Source of the DNA: a virus
Taxonomy: Duplodnaviria; Caudoviricetes
DNA: 55,865 bases
Virus record (IMG/VR): IMGVR_UViG_3300002026_002321
Location: 1-55,865 of that record
Strand: one strand, 5' to 3'
Position numbers and translations under genes: made by a program. The notes beneath the pieces were generated by a model, which saw only the letters and a program-made list of their open reading frames with translations, made no database searches and was not told the DNA's origin. Below are positions 46,592 through 55,696 of the stretch, piece after piece; the stretch's first letter is position 1, and each line of letters begins with the position of its first letter.

Positions 46592-47016
46592 CCCCGATCC
46601 TCACCACCCTGGCGCCGGGCCTGCTCGAAGCCGGCAGTCGCTTGATTGACCGGCTGATTCCCGATCCGTCTGAGCGCGAGAAGGCCAAGCTTGCGCTGCT
46701 GCAGGCCGAGGGGCAATTGGCACTGCAGGAGATGCAGACGAGTCTGTCAGCGATCCTGGCTGAGGCCAACTCAGCTGATCCCTGGACCAGCCGGGCACGG
46801 CCAAGCTTTCTGTACGTGATCTACGGTGTGATCCTGCTGTGCGTGCTGGGTGCCATCATCGGTATCTGGTGGCCCATGCATGTGTTCCAGGCCGCAGAGA
46901 ACCTGAACAAGCTACTTGGCGCGGTGCCTGAGAGCCTGTGGTGGCTGTTCGGTGCTGGCTACCTGGGCTACACCGGGGCGCGCAGCTTTGACAAGTGGCG
47001 TGGGCCGGTGCGCTGA
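46588..47016 (+). CDS. 3TM-holin-like membrane protein
   Basis: LID.LIPDP...AKL.L...EA.S.D.W.SR.RP, then hydrophobic segments; LGY.G.RS.DK. Confidence 0.75.
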   Translation: MTPILTTLAPGLLEAGSRLIDRLIPDPSEREKAKLALLQAEGQLALQEMQTSLSAILAEANSADPWTSRARPSFLYVIYGVILLCVLGAIIGIWWPMHVFQAAENLNKLLGAVPESLWWLFGAGYLGYTGARSFDKWRGPVR

Positions 47017-47051
47017 GCGGTGCTGCCCGAGCACGACAAATAGACACGACG

Positions 47052-47099
47052 ATCCCCCGATCTCACTGCCCGCGCGGGTGGTGGGGTCGGGGGATTTTT
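47052..47099 (+). terminator. Strong hairpin terminator ending the late operon
   Basis: ATCCCCCGA...TCGGGGGAT long stem followed by TTTT. Confidence 0.75.
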
Positions 47100-47233
47100 G
47101 CGTTTGGGGGTGCGCCAGTAAAATCGCGACGTGTACACGGAGCGCAATCGTACTTTCCGGTTCCAAAAAAACTAACCCCGGGTTCATCACCAGACTCATT
47201 GGAGACTGGGAGAGGAATAGCCCGGGGACCGGA

Positions 47234-48400
47234 TCAGGTGATTTGCTCTTCTGAGGTGGCAACGAGAGATGCGTCAATGTTGCCATTGCCCAACGTTTCA
47301 CGACCACTAACGGTTACGCGCTTGTCAGTATTGAAGGCCAACAGCACTTCGTCAATCAACTCAGGAGGGAAGGAGCAAAAGTGTTCACGGCCGTCATTAG
47401 TTCCACGCAAGGTAAATGTGAAGTTGTCCTTGTCCATTTCAGGAATGAAGCCTGAAATTTGGCATATCCGCTCTTGGATAGATCTTGCCTTCCTGAGCGC
47501 GGTGCTGACACGCTTGGATGATTCACGTGTGAGCATGTAGCGTTTGTGCGAGTTTTTGAAGATACGTCCTCGCACCTCAACTGATTCAACGACGCCGGTT
47601 TGCCTAGGAACCAGCTTCTCAAGGGCTTCAAGAAGCTCAAGATCAATTTCGCTCGCATAGGCCGAATCAGGGGTGGCCGTTATCGCCCACTGAATTGCTT
47701 GTTGAAGTTGATTTCCGATTTCTTCGAATTCCTCGCTGAGATGTTCAGCGGTGCTATCGTCAGGCAAATTAAGTTGCTTGGGTTCAGGGAGTTTAAATGC
47801 CACTTCGAAGCTGTTATATACAAAACTTTGTGCCGACAAATCGTAGAACTGCCGGATTATGTTTGCTTTGCGACCTCTGGGGCGACCTTCCTTTTCAACT
47901 ACACGGCTAGCAATTTTTTTCAACGCAGTCGTTGCACCGTCAATCACTTGGCGGATTACGCTAGCTGGGACGTTGCCTTCGGATAACCCTTCGCCGATTG
48001 CACGTAACGCAAAAACGGGCTCCAAGTGGGGCCAGAGCATAACGCCTGGTTTTGGCAGAGCGTCATCAGGGACATCAGCCAAGGTACAGCGCCAGCTTTT
48101 TTGCGGCATTCCGTCGTACAAAACGTCCAGCACCCATACCCAAGGCTGATTCAGAGCGTCCCGAACGGATAAAGTGCCATTTTTTAAGCGATCGACGATT
48201 CGCGCATTCGTTGGAGCAACAATAAATCTCGAAACTCCATTTGTCTCGTCCGCTAAGTAATAGATCAGCGTACCTAACGAGTTACTTGCAGTAAATACTC
48301 TGGGTCCGTCGAATTCGTACAAAACTTCATCGGGCAGAATCCCGTCGAAAGCTTTGGTATCCAATTCAGGTGCGTTGATTTGCCAATCCATTTTCATCAC
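47234..48400 (-). CDS. Cargo protein: DUF6575-like N-terminus and OB-fold-like C-terminus
   Basis: Lower GC than phage core; LYEFDGPRVF...L..G..SVRDAL; C-terminal ISG.I.E.D....F.L...V.VSG. Confidence 0.7.
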   Translation of the reverse strand: MMKMDWQINAPELDTKAFDGILPDEVLYEFDGPRVFTASNSLGTLIYYLADETNGVSRFIVAPTNARIVDRLKNGTLSVRDALNQPWVWVLDVLYDGMPQKSWRCTLADVPDDALPKPGVMLWPHLEPVFALRAIGEGLSEGNVPASVIRQVIDGATTALKKIASRVVEKEGRPRGRKANIIRQFYDLSAQSFVYNSFEVAFKLPEPKQLNLPDDSTAEHLSEEFEEIGNQLQQAIQWAITATPDSAYASEIDLELLEALEKLVPRQTGVVESVEVRGRIFKNSHKRYMLTRESSKRVSTALRKARSIQERICQISGFIPEMDKDNFTFTLRGTNDGREHFCSFPPELIDEVLLAFNTDKRVTVSGRETLGNGNIDASLVATSEEQIT

Positions 48401-48401
48401 C

Positions 48402-48794
48402 TTAAGGGCTTATCGCCACAGAAAATGGTTCGGCACGGTTGACGCTCTCGTAAGGCCACCAAGTCGTATGTGTGGGGTGTCGATTGTTTGAGGTCAGCTT
48501 GACGACGCCATGATGAGGTTGCAACTGGCCACGCATCACATGCCGACCCAGTTTCGGGAACAGCTGGGTCAGGTGCTCGGCATCATTGAGTGTCCGAAAA
48601 AGAGACAGCCCCGCCCTCAGGCATTGAGGCCCCGTCGATTTCTTGCCCAGTTCCTCGTGTGACTTGAAATCTTCTTCAGAGGGAGGAATGGTTTTCGCAA
48701 CACGAAATAATTCGCCGCTAGCAGCCTCAGCGTCTTCTGGAGGGCATCCCTGAGGCCATGAGGAGGGGAATTTCACTTTTTTCTCGCTTGACAA
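48402..48794 (-). CDS. Cargo protein, putative ADP-ribosyltransferase-fold toxin
   Basis: TTG start after GAGAGG; CPP..A...LFR...DF.S...C..GLSLF...H.TWW; 1 nt from the next gene. Confidence 0.6.
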   Translation of the reverse strand: MSSEKKVKFPSSWPQGCPPEDAEAASGELFRVAKTIPPSEEDFKSHEELGKKSTGPQCLRAGLSLFRTLNDAEHLTQLFPKLGRHVMRGQLQPHHGVVKLTSNNRHPTHTTWWPYESVNRAEPFSVAISP

Positions 48795-48838
48795 ACCAAA
48801 TAACCTCTCATTTTAAAGCCCTGCCCGCAAGTCTGTCG

Positions 48839-50035
48839 CTACAAAGTTTCTGCCAAATTCGCCACCCCCACCCGCCGCTCCACCACATTCCCCACCACAT
48901 TGACCGCCTCCAGCATCGCCTGCGGCGACAAATGCGCATAGCGCATCGTCACCTTCGGATCGTGGTGCCCCAGCAGCTTTTGCACCTCATACAAGCTGCG
49001 CCCGGCGTTGACCAGGAAACTGGCGTAGCTGTGGCGCAAGTCATGCAATCGCAAACCATCCAAACCGACCTTCTTGCGGATCGAGTCCCACGCATGAAAA
49101 ATTGAACCTGGCGGCACCCTGGTCTTGGGATTGAAAAACACCCACGGCACATCCTGCTGGCGCGGCAGCGACTGCAGCAACTCGATGGCGGCATCCGACA
49201 AAGGAATGTGATGCACCTTCTTTGACTTCGAGCGGGTCGCTGGCACCGTCAGAATCTGGCGTGACCAGTCGATGTCATGCCACTTGGCATCGAGCACCTC
49301 GCGCTTTCTCGCCCCGGTGTACAGCAACAACCGAATCACCTGCCCCACCTGCACATTGCGATTGGTGTCGAGTTCATCAAACAACTGCTGTACCTCCGCC
49401 TGGCTCAGGTAACGCTCACGCGCGCCGTGATCCTCAAACGGCTCGATGCCATCGCACGGATTGCCATTGGGCGGCAAGCAGCCCCAGCGGATGGCGCAGT
49501 TATAAATGAACTTGGTCAGGATCAAGGCCCGGTTGCAAGTTGCAGCCGCATAGCCCTTGGTCTGCATGGCATGATGAAACGCCACCACATCCGAGCGCAT
49601 CACCCGGTTCATCCGCAAGGCGGCGAACGTCGGCAAGATGTGATTGCGCAGAAACGAGACATCCGTCTCCCAACTGCGCTTGCGGCTCATGGCGTAAGGC
49701 AGATAGCGTTCTTCGACGAAAGCCCCAAAGATCGGCACATCCTTGAAACGATGACTCTCCAGCTTTGGATCACCACCCTCAGAGACCATCTGGCGCATCT
49801 TGTGCGCCTTGGCCCGGGCATCGGCCAAACTGATCTCATCGAGCCGGCCAATATTGTTGAGCCGCACCTTGCCTGCAGCATCACGGTAGCGAAAGTAAAA
49901 GGTAGCCCCACCACTGGCACGATGCTCCAGCAAAAAGCCCCTGATCTCGGTATCAAAGTAACCCACCGCCCCGGATGTGGGCTCGCGCCCGGCCAGCGTG
50001 GCGATGAACTCGGCAGAAAGTGTTTGTGCAGGCAT
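48839..50035 (-). CDS. int: Tyrosine integrase with N-terminal arm-binding domain
   Basis: TGARKRE, HDLRHSYAS, LLGH...TMRYAH catalytic residues; AAGGAG RBS. Confidence 0.95.
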   Translation of the reverse strand: MPAQTLSAEFIATLAGREPTSGAVGYFDTEIRGFLLEHRASGGATFYFRYRDAAGKVRLNNIGRLDEISLADARAKAHKMRQMVSEGGDPKLESHRFKDVPIFGAFVEERYLPYAMSRKRSWETDVSFLRNHILPTFAALRMNRVMRSDVVAFHHAMQTKGYAAATCNRALILTKFIYNCAIRWGCLPPNGNPCDGIEPFEDHGARERYLSQAEVQQLFDELDTNRNVQVGQVIRLLLYTGARKREVLDAKWHDIDWSRQILTVPATRSKSKKVHHIPLSDAAIELLQSLPRQQDVPWVFFNPKTRVPPGSIFHAWDSIRKKVGLDGLRLHDLRHSYASFLVNAGRSLYEVQKLLGHHDPKVTMRYAHLSPQAMLEAVNVVGNVVERRVGVANLAETL

Positions 50036-50045
50036 GGTCTTGCTC

Positions 50046-50095
50046 CTTCAACAATTGAAGGCCATACTACGATAAAATGCACCGCAATAGGTGCA
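50046..50095. promoter_or_regulatory. Operator-like palindromes between int and XRE gene
   Basis: CTTCAA-CAA-TTGAAG (50046-50060) and TGCACC-N6-GGTGCA (50078-50095). Confidence 0.55.
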
Positions 50096-50217
50096 AAAAG
50101 CATCTAAACGAACAGATAAGTTTGGTTGCCAAAGCCAATCCAAAGCCAAGCAGTGAATCAGCACAGCCAATCTAAACAGGCCAAACAGGCCGACCGCCGA
50201 CCCTCAAGGAGCAGCTC

Positions 50218-50463
50218 ATGATCGATGGAAGACAAATACGCGCTGCCCGCGCCATGCTGGGCTGGAGCCGCGAAGAACTGCTCGATGCCTCGGGGATTTC
50301 CATGTCGGCGCTCTTGCGCATGGAAGGCAACCTGGCCGACAGCCGCAGTTCCACCCTCAACAAGGTGGTCAAGGCCCTGAGCCTGGCTGGGGTGGAGTTT
50401 GTCACGCGCGGGGATGGGGCCATTGGGGTGATGCTCAAGGGCGCAATAGCAGGTGAAGGGTAG
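50218..50463 (+). CDS. XRE-family HTH regulator
   Basis: QIRAARAMLGWSREEL..ASGIS..AL.R.E; AAGGAG RBS; divergent from int. Confidence 0.9.
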   Translation: MIDGRQIRAARAMLGWSREELLDASGISMSALLRMEGNLADSRSSTLNKVVKALSLAGVEFVTRGDGAIGVMLKGAIAGEG

Positions 50464-50477
50464 CGGCATCCGGTCTC

Positions 50478-50533
50478 GTTACATGTAGCCATTGCGCTGT
50501 CAATGATCGCGCCCTATACTTGCTACATGTAAC
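50478..50533 (+). promoter_or_regulatory. TA promoter flanked by two palindromic operators
   Basis: TTGCGC-17 bp-TATACT (50492-50520) between GTTACATGTAGC and GCTACATGTAAC. Confidence 0.75.
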
Positions 50534-50545
50534 ATTAAGGAGCGC

Positions 50546-50770
50546 ATGATGGCCACCCCAATTGCAGCACGAGTACAAAAGCGCCGCGACGCCTTGCGCA
50601 TGGCTGGCCTGCGGCCCATCCAGATATGGGTGCCAGACACCCGGCGTCCTGACTTTTCTGACGAGTGCCGACGCCAATGCAGGCTCGTTGCCCAAGCAGA
50701 CCATCAAGATAGCGCTCTGGAGCAGTTTATGGACGAGGCGCTGGCTGACCTTGACGGCTGGGAGGACTGA
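50546..50770 (+). CDS. MazE-like antitoxin (DUF3018-type)
   Basis: RVQKRRDALR.AGLRPIQIWVPDTR.P.F..EC.RQ. Confidence 0.88.
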   Translation: MMATPIAARVQKRRDALRMAGLRPIQIWVPDTRRPDFSDECRRQCRLVAQADHQDSALEQFMDEALADLDGWED

Positions 50771-51093
50771 TGCGCGGCGACCTTGTCACCATCGCTCTCA
50801 CTGGCGATTTTGGTAAACCCCGACCCGCGTTAGTCATCCAGGCCAATCAGTTTGACGAACACACCACCGTCACGGTGTTGTTGCTCTCCAGCACACTGGT
50901 CGAGGCGCCACTGCTGCGCGTGAGCGTTGTCCCGGATGCCGACAACGGGCTGCAGAAGAAATCGCAGGTCATGATCGATAAGGCCATGACCATCAAGCGC
51001 GAAAAAATCGGCCCGGCGTTTGGGCGCATCGATCCCAACACGCTGGTTGAAATCGACCGCTGTCTGGCGGTATTTCTTGGAATTGCCAAGTAG
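50770..51093 (+). CDS. mazF: PemK/MazF-family endoribonuclease toxin
   Basis: RGD.V....GD.GKPRPALVIQ...NGL...SQ.MIDK. Confidence 0.92.
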   Translation: MRGDLVTIALTGDFGKPRPALVIQANQFDEHTTVTVLLLSSTLVEAPLLRVSVVPDADNGLQKKSQVMIDKAMTIKREKIGPAFGRIDPNTLVEIDRCLAVFLGIAK

Positions 51094-51189
51094 CCCAAAG
51101 GCACAAAAACTGCCCCAACCGCGACAAATAGTTGCCAGTAAAGTCGAGCGCAAAAGCAACAAAACCTGCCCAGAGGGCCAAAAACGGGT

Positions 51190-51424
51190 GCTTTTGGAGC
51201 TTGGCAGGACCGATTGGTAGGAAGTTGGTATGTCGGATTGGCTGTAAAAGGCGTCTATATAGGTAGGGAGCGCGGCTAAGTCTTTGAAAAGACAAAGGAA
51301 ATTCCCGATCAGACTGAAAGTATGCCTTTTGGAGTAGGAACTTGGTCGGAAGTCGCGATTTTTGGCGCTTGGAAATTCGCGTAAGTGTTTGATTTTTAAA
51401 GGAATGGGCGAGTGACGCACTCAC
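51190..51424. other. Putative attachment-site arm (right element end)
   Basis: IHF consensus match TAAGTGTTTGATT (51382-51394), near match 51277-51289; direct repeats GTAGGAA(G/C)TTGGT at 51217 and 51334; CTTTTGGAG at 51191 and 51326; palindrome GAGTG-ACG-CACTC at 51410-51422. Confidence 0.5.
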
Positions 51425-54400
51425 ATGCTCACTGCAAGTGCGGCAAGCATCAACGAAGGCGAGACCAACACGTTCACGATTACGGCTTCTGAGCCCGTTG
51501 CCGCGGATACAGTGGTCACCTTCCAGTTGAAGATCGACGCCACGGGCGACACCGCTCAGGCTGCTGACTTCAACGCAGGTGCTTTCAACCCAGTCACCGC
51601 CACCATCTTGGCTGGCCAGACCACTGCCTCTTTCGGCATTGCCGCCATCACCAACGACAATACGGAAGTGACCGAGAAGTACACCGTTCAAGCCACAGTG
51701 GCTGGCACGGCTTACTCTACGCAAGTCTCCATCCTTGACGGCGGTATCGGTGCTGGACAGACATTCGCGTTGACAAAGGGACTGGATTTGATTCCTGGCC
51801 TGATTGGCTCGAATGGCAACACCAGCAACTCCGGTGATGACACCATCATTGGTTCGATTCACACTTCCGACCCTGAGCTGAAGACCCTGTCCACTCTTGA
51901 CATCGTCAACGGCGGTACTGGTGTTGACACCCTGAGCGTTGCCACCGACGGCACGACCGTTGGCCTGCCAAACCTTTCTGGCGTCGAAATTGTCCAAGTG
52001 GATAGCGCTGGCGCGGCTACGGTAAATACCTCTACCGTCTCTGGCATCACCAACCTGAACGTGACCAAGGCAGCGGGTGCTGTGACTGCGACCGCAGCCG
52101 CAACCACCGACGTTGGCGTCTCTGTGAAGGGTGTTTCAGGCACGACTGTGGTCGTCAATGGCGGTAAAGACGTCAATGTCACCACGACCGACGCTGCTGA
52201 TGCCATCGACGTAGGCGCTACGGGTACTGATCCGGTCGGTGCTGTCACCATTACCGCCACCGGTGCGGCTGTTGCAAACAACGCCAACCCCAACATGGGC
52301 GCAATTACTGTGGGTGGTGGCAAGACCGTTAATGTGACCCAAAAGGCCACCAGCGACGCCAGCGCCATCGTGGCAGATGCAACGACCGAAACCGTTACTC
52401 AAGGCAACGTGACGGTTACCGCCAATGCCACCACCACCGACGTCACCGTCAAGCAAGACGCAGCTGTCACTGCCCAGAGCCGTGCTGCCGTCACCGGTGC
52501 CACCGAAGTAGCCAGCGTCAAGTTCACCAAGCTGGATGCCGGTGAATCCGTCACCATCAGCGGCCTGACCTTCACCGCAGCCCTTGGCAAGAACCTGACC
52601 GCTGACCAAGTGGCCCAGGCCTTTGCCAACCTGAGCGCCAGCGCCATCAAGCCGACGCAGATTGCTCCGGCAGGCACCGCCACCAACGACACGCAGGGTT
52701 CCGGCTCTAACGTCAACGGCACCTTCACCGGCGCCTTGCTGGCTGGCTGGACCTCCGGCGCTGCTGCTGGCGACACCGTGACCTTCACTGGTACAGCCAA
52801 TACCGCATTTGCAACCGACCTGGTCGCTTCGGCCAAGGCGACCGTCACCACCACCACCCAAGGCGTCACCGCTGTCACAGCGCAAAACACCCTGGGCGTG
52901 GCCAACGGCACCGTTACCATCGCGGGTGCTGCTGCGCTGAAGACAGTCACGGTCGACGGCTACGCTGCTTCCACTGGCGGTGCTGGCATCACCGGAGGCA
53001 CCAACAATGCGCTGGATACCATCAGCCTCTCCAATGGTGCTGGTTTTGAAGTTGACAGCGCTGCCGCCACCTTGGCGCTGACCCTGGCCAACGTCAACGG
53101 TACAGTCGATGTGCAAGCAGGCACCAAGAACCTGAACGCTGCTGTCAGCCACGCCAAGGCAACCGACACTTCGACGCTCGCTTCCGCTTCGGCAACCGCA
53201 GTCAAGGTGACCGGTACGGGCAATGTGGCAGGCACTACGGCTTCTGGTCTGACCGCTGCCACCAGCATCGACACCACCGGCATGACCGCTGGCAAGGCGA
53301 CCTTCACCATCGCCGACGGCACCGTCACCACCTACGCGGGCGGTGCAGGGGTGGACACTGTCACCATCACCAATGGTGGCACCGCCATCACCAAGGCCAT
53401 CGATCTGGGCGCTGGTGATGACACCCTGAAGCTGGATGTCAACGTCGTTGTGCCAACGGCCACCCTCAAGGGGGGCGAAGGTAACGACACCCTGTCGATG
53501 ACCGTTGCCAGCGCTGCGGCTCGCGACGGTGACAAGCTGTTGTCTGCCAAGCTGGACAGCTTCGAGCGTCTGACGCTGAACAATGCCGATACGGGTGGCG
53601 AAACCATCGACCTGGAAAACCTCGGCTTTGCCAACTACGTCACCACCAGCGGTTCGGGTGGCACCCTCACACTCGACAAGCTGGCCAATGGCGGTACGGT
53701 CGTGCTGACCGCTGCACCGACAACCGGTACAACGGTCAACATCAAGGACGCAGCCGAAACCGGCCACTCCAGCGACGTGCTCAATCTCGTGACTCGCGTG
53801 TCCACCGCGACTGTTGACCACAAGGTGCTGACCGCTGCCGATGTTGAAACTGTCAACATCAAGTCGGAAGACACCGATGTATCGACAACAACGGGCGGTG
53901 GTGTCAACACTAACCAACTGACCCTGGTTGCCACCAAAGCGACCAAGATCATGGTGGAAGGTAATGCTCACCTCGAACTGACCAACGCAGGCAACGCAGC
54001 GGTCACCGAGATCGACGCATCGACGATGACCGGTAACCTGACGGTGCAAGCCGCAGGCAACGCAGCCACCACCATCAAGGGCGGTCTGGGTAACGACAGC
54101 CTGAAGACGTCTGGTGGCGCAACCGGCGGTGGCGTGGCACAGGTAAGCACGCTGACCATCGTTAACGGCACAGCTGCTGCAGAGATGGCGATTGGTGACA
54201 AGCTCTCGGTGACCATCAACGGCACGACTGTGACGCAGGACTTCACCAACGACTTTGCAGATACCCTGACGGCACTGGAGGTCAAAACCGATGGTATTGA
54301 TGGCTATACGACATCAGTTAACACCGGCACCGGTGTGTTGACCATCACATCTGACGTCCCAGGCGTGGCGTTCACGGCGAGCACGACCTTCACCGCGAAC

Positions 54401-55573
54401 GACGCAGACATCTCGGGCACTTTTGCTGCGGTAGCTGCCACGTTGGACAAAGACACCCTCACGTTCACGCCAGGGGCTGCTGCTGCTGCCCCGGGCACTG
54501 GCGACCAGTGGGTCTTCACCATCACGCCGACGGTTGGCGCAGTTACGACCATCACCCAGACCTTTACTGTCGACTTTGCTACAACACTGGCGGCAATGAC
54601 GGCTCAGGTGGTTGCTGCTGGCTACACGGCGACGAACACCGCCACTGTCATGACCATCACTGGTACGGAAGCCATGGGTCCGATCTTGATCGGGGGCTAT
54701 ACCTTTACTAGTGCAGCTACAACAACATGTACCGGGGTTCCAGCAGAAGAAACTCAGAACTTCCTGGACACCGGAACGCTCACGCTGACCGAAACGGTGA
54801 CCATGGGGGCCGATGACACCATCACGGTGACGGTGACGGATGTGAAGAATGGATCGCAAACCTCTGCTTCGCAAGTCTTTACAACCGACTTCGACACCAC
54901 AATGGCAGCTGTCGTCACCAAGATTGAAGCCCTCACCGGCATTGATGGCACCACAACGGCTTACGTCGGTAGCACCAATGTGCTGACAGTGGGTAGCACC
55001 AGTGGCCAGATCACCAACATCCTGGTGAATGTGACTGACGCGGCCATGAACAGCGTGACTTCCACGTTCGATACGACCACGGCCAACGTCAGTGCCAATG
55101 GCGACACGCTGCTGGGTAATGCAGGTAACGACACCCTCTTCGCAGGTACCAATGGTGCCACGCTGACCGGTGGTGCTGATAATGACCTGTTCGTACTGTC
55201 AGCAACCTCGGCAACCAGCGGCACGAAGGAAGCCAACGCCTACAGCATCGTGACCGACTTTGCCGTCGGCGACGTGCTGCAACTGCAATACTTTGGTTCT
55301 GCAACCGCAGATGCCACCGGCTTTGCCAAGCTGACCGCGAACTTGAACGATGCCACGGCCTCCTTCTCCAGCTTCGCCGAGGCAGCAGTGCTGCAGGCGG
55401 CTACGGGTGGCGCGGTCTGGTACAACTTCAAGGGTGATGCCTACGTGGTTGTGGATAGTGGAACCAACGGTTCGAACTTCACCAATGGAGAAGACCTCAT
55501 CATCAAGCTGACCGGCATCGACGGTGCAAATCTGTCGTTCAACGCAGACTTCGCCACTGTTGCGCTGATCTAA
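51425..55573 (+). CDS. RTX-repeat S-layer-like protein (RsaA/SapA-like, type I secreted), possibly 5'-truncated
   Basis: Thr/Ala/Gly-rich; GQTFALT.G.D motif; nonapeptides GGAGVDTVT, LGAGDDTLK, GGEGNDTLS, GGLGNDSLK, GNAGNDTLF; no signal peptide; C-terminal D.IIKLTG. Confidence 0.85.
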   Translation: MLTASAASINEGETNTFTITASEPVAADTVVTFQLKIDATGDTAQAADFNAGAFNPVTATILAGQTTASFGIAAITNDNTEVTEKYTVQATVAGTAYSTQVSILDGGIGAGQTFALTKGLDLIPGLIGSNGNTSNSGDDTIIGSIHTSDPELKTLSTLDIVNGGTGVDTLSVATDGTTVGLPNLSGVEIVQVDSAGAATVNTSTVSGITNLNVTKAAGAVTATAAATTDVGVSVKGVSGTTVVVNGGKDVNVTTTDAADAIDVGATGTDPVGAVTITATGAAVANNANPNMGAITVGGGKTVNVTQKATSDASAIVADATTETVTQGNVTVTANATTTDVTVKQDAAVTAQSRAAVTGATEVASVKFTKLDAGESVTISGLTFTAALGKNLTADQVAQAFANLSASAIKPTQIAPAGTATNDTQGSGSNVNGTFTGALLAGWTSGAAAGDTVTFTGTANTAFATDLVASAKATVTTTTQGVTAVTAQNTLGVANGTVTIAGAAALKTVTVDGYAASTGGAGITGGTNNALDTISLSNGAGFEVDSAAATLALTLANVNGTVDVQAGTKNLNAAVSHAKATDTSTLASASATAVKVTGTGNVAGTTASGLTAATSIDTTGMTAGKATFTIADGTVTTYAGGAGVDTVTITNGGTAITKAIDLGAGDDTLKLDVNVVVPTATLKGGEGNDTLSMTVASAAARDGDKLLSAKLDSFERLTLNNADTGGETIDLENLGFANYVTTSGSGGTLTLDKLANGGTVVLTAAPTTGTTVNIKDAAETGHSSDVLNLVTRVSTATVDHKVLTAADVETVNIKSEDTDVSTTTGGGVNTNQLTLVATKATKIMVEGNAHLELTNAGNAAVTEIDASTMTGNLTVQAAGNAATTIKGGLGNDSLKTSGGATGGGVAQVSTLTIVNGTAAAEMAIGDKLSVTINGTTVTQDFTNDFADTLTALEVKTDGIDGYTTSVNTGTGVLTITSDVPGVAFTASTTFTANDADISGTFAAVAATLDKDTLTFTPGAAAAAPGTGDQWVFTITPTVGAVTTITQTFTVDFATTLAAMTAQVVAAGYTATNTATVMTITGTEAMGPILIGGYTFTSAATTTCTGVPAEETQNFLDTGTLTLTETVTMGADDTITVTVTDVKNGSQTSASQVFTTDFDTTMAAVVTKIEALTGIDGTTTAYVGSTNVLTVGSTSGQITNILVNVTDAAMNSVTSTFDTTTANVSANGDTLLGNAGNDTLFAGTNGATLTGGADNDLFVLSATSATSGTKEANAYSIVTDFAVGDVLQLQYFGSATADATGFAKLTANLNDATASFSSFAEAAVLQAATGGAVWYNFKGDAYVVVDSGTNGSNFTNGEDLIIKLTGIDGANLSFNADFATVALI

Positions 55574-55628
55574 TCACCTTCTGAAACAAGCCCCGCCCCT
55601 CGGGGTGGTGCTTGCGGTGAACCCCATC

Positions 55629-55662
55629 AAGACCCCTGTGACTTCGGTTGCAGGGGTTTTTT
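55629..55662 (+). terminator. Intrinsic terminator after S-layer gene
   Basis: GACCCCTG...TTCG...CAGGGGTT stem with T-tail; a second hairpin lies at about 55588-55613. Confidence 0.85.
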
Positions 55663-55696
55663 AACGTCCAAACTCAAGTCAATCAGTACCCATACC

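Larger units (their letters stand above)
1..51424. mobile_element. Temperate prophage, right portion (lambda-like head, P2-like contractile tail); left end outside window, right end inferred
   Basis: Ordered replication, packaging, head, tail, lysis and integrase modules. Right boundary inferred from att-like motifs at 51190-51424. Confidence 0.9.

Noticed and set aside
47017-51424. tRNA gene as integration target
   Set aside because: No cloverleaf or T-loop/CCA pattern recognised near the integrase or the inferred end.
52136-54049. Long minus-strand ORFs opposite the S-layer gene
   Set aside because: Artefacts of its biased codon usage.
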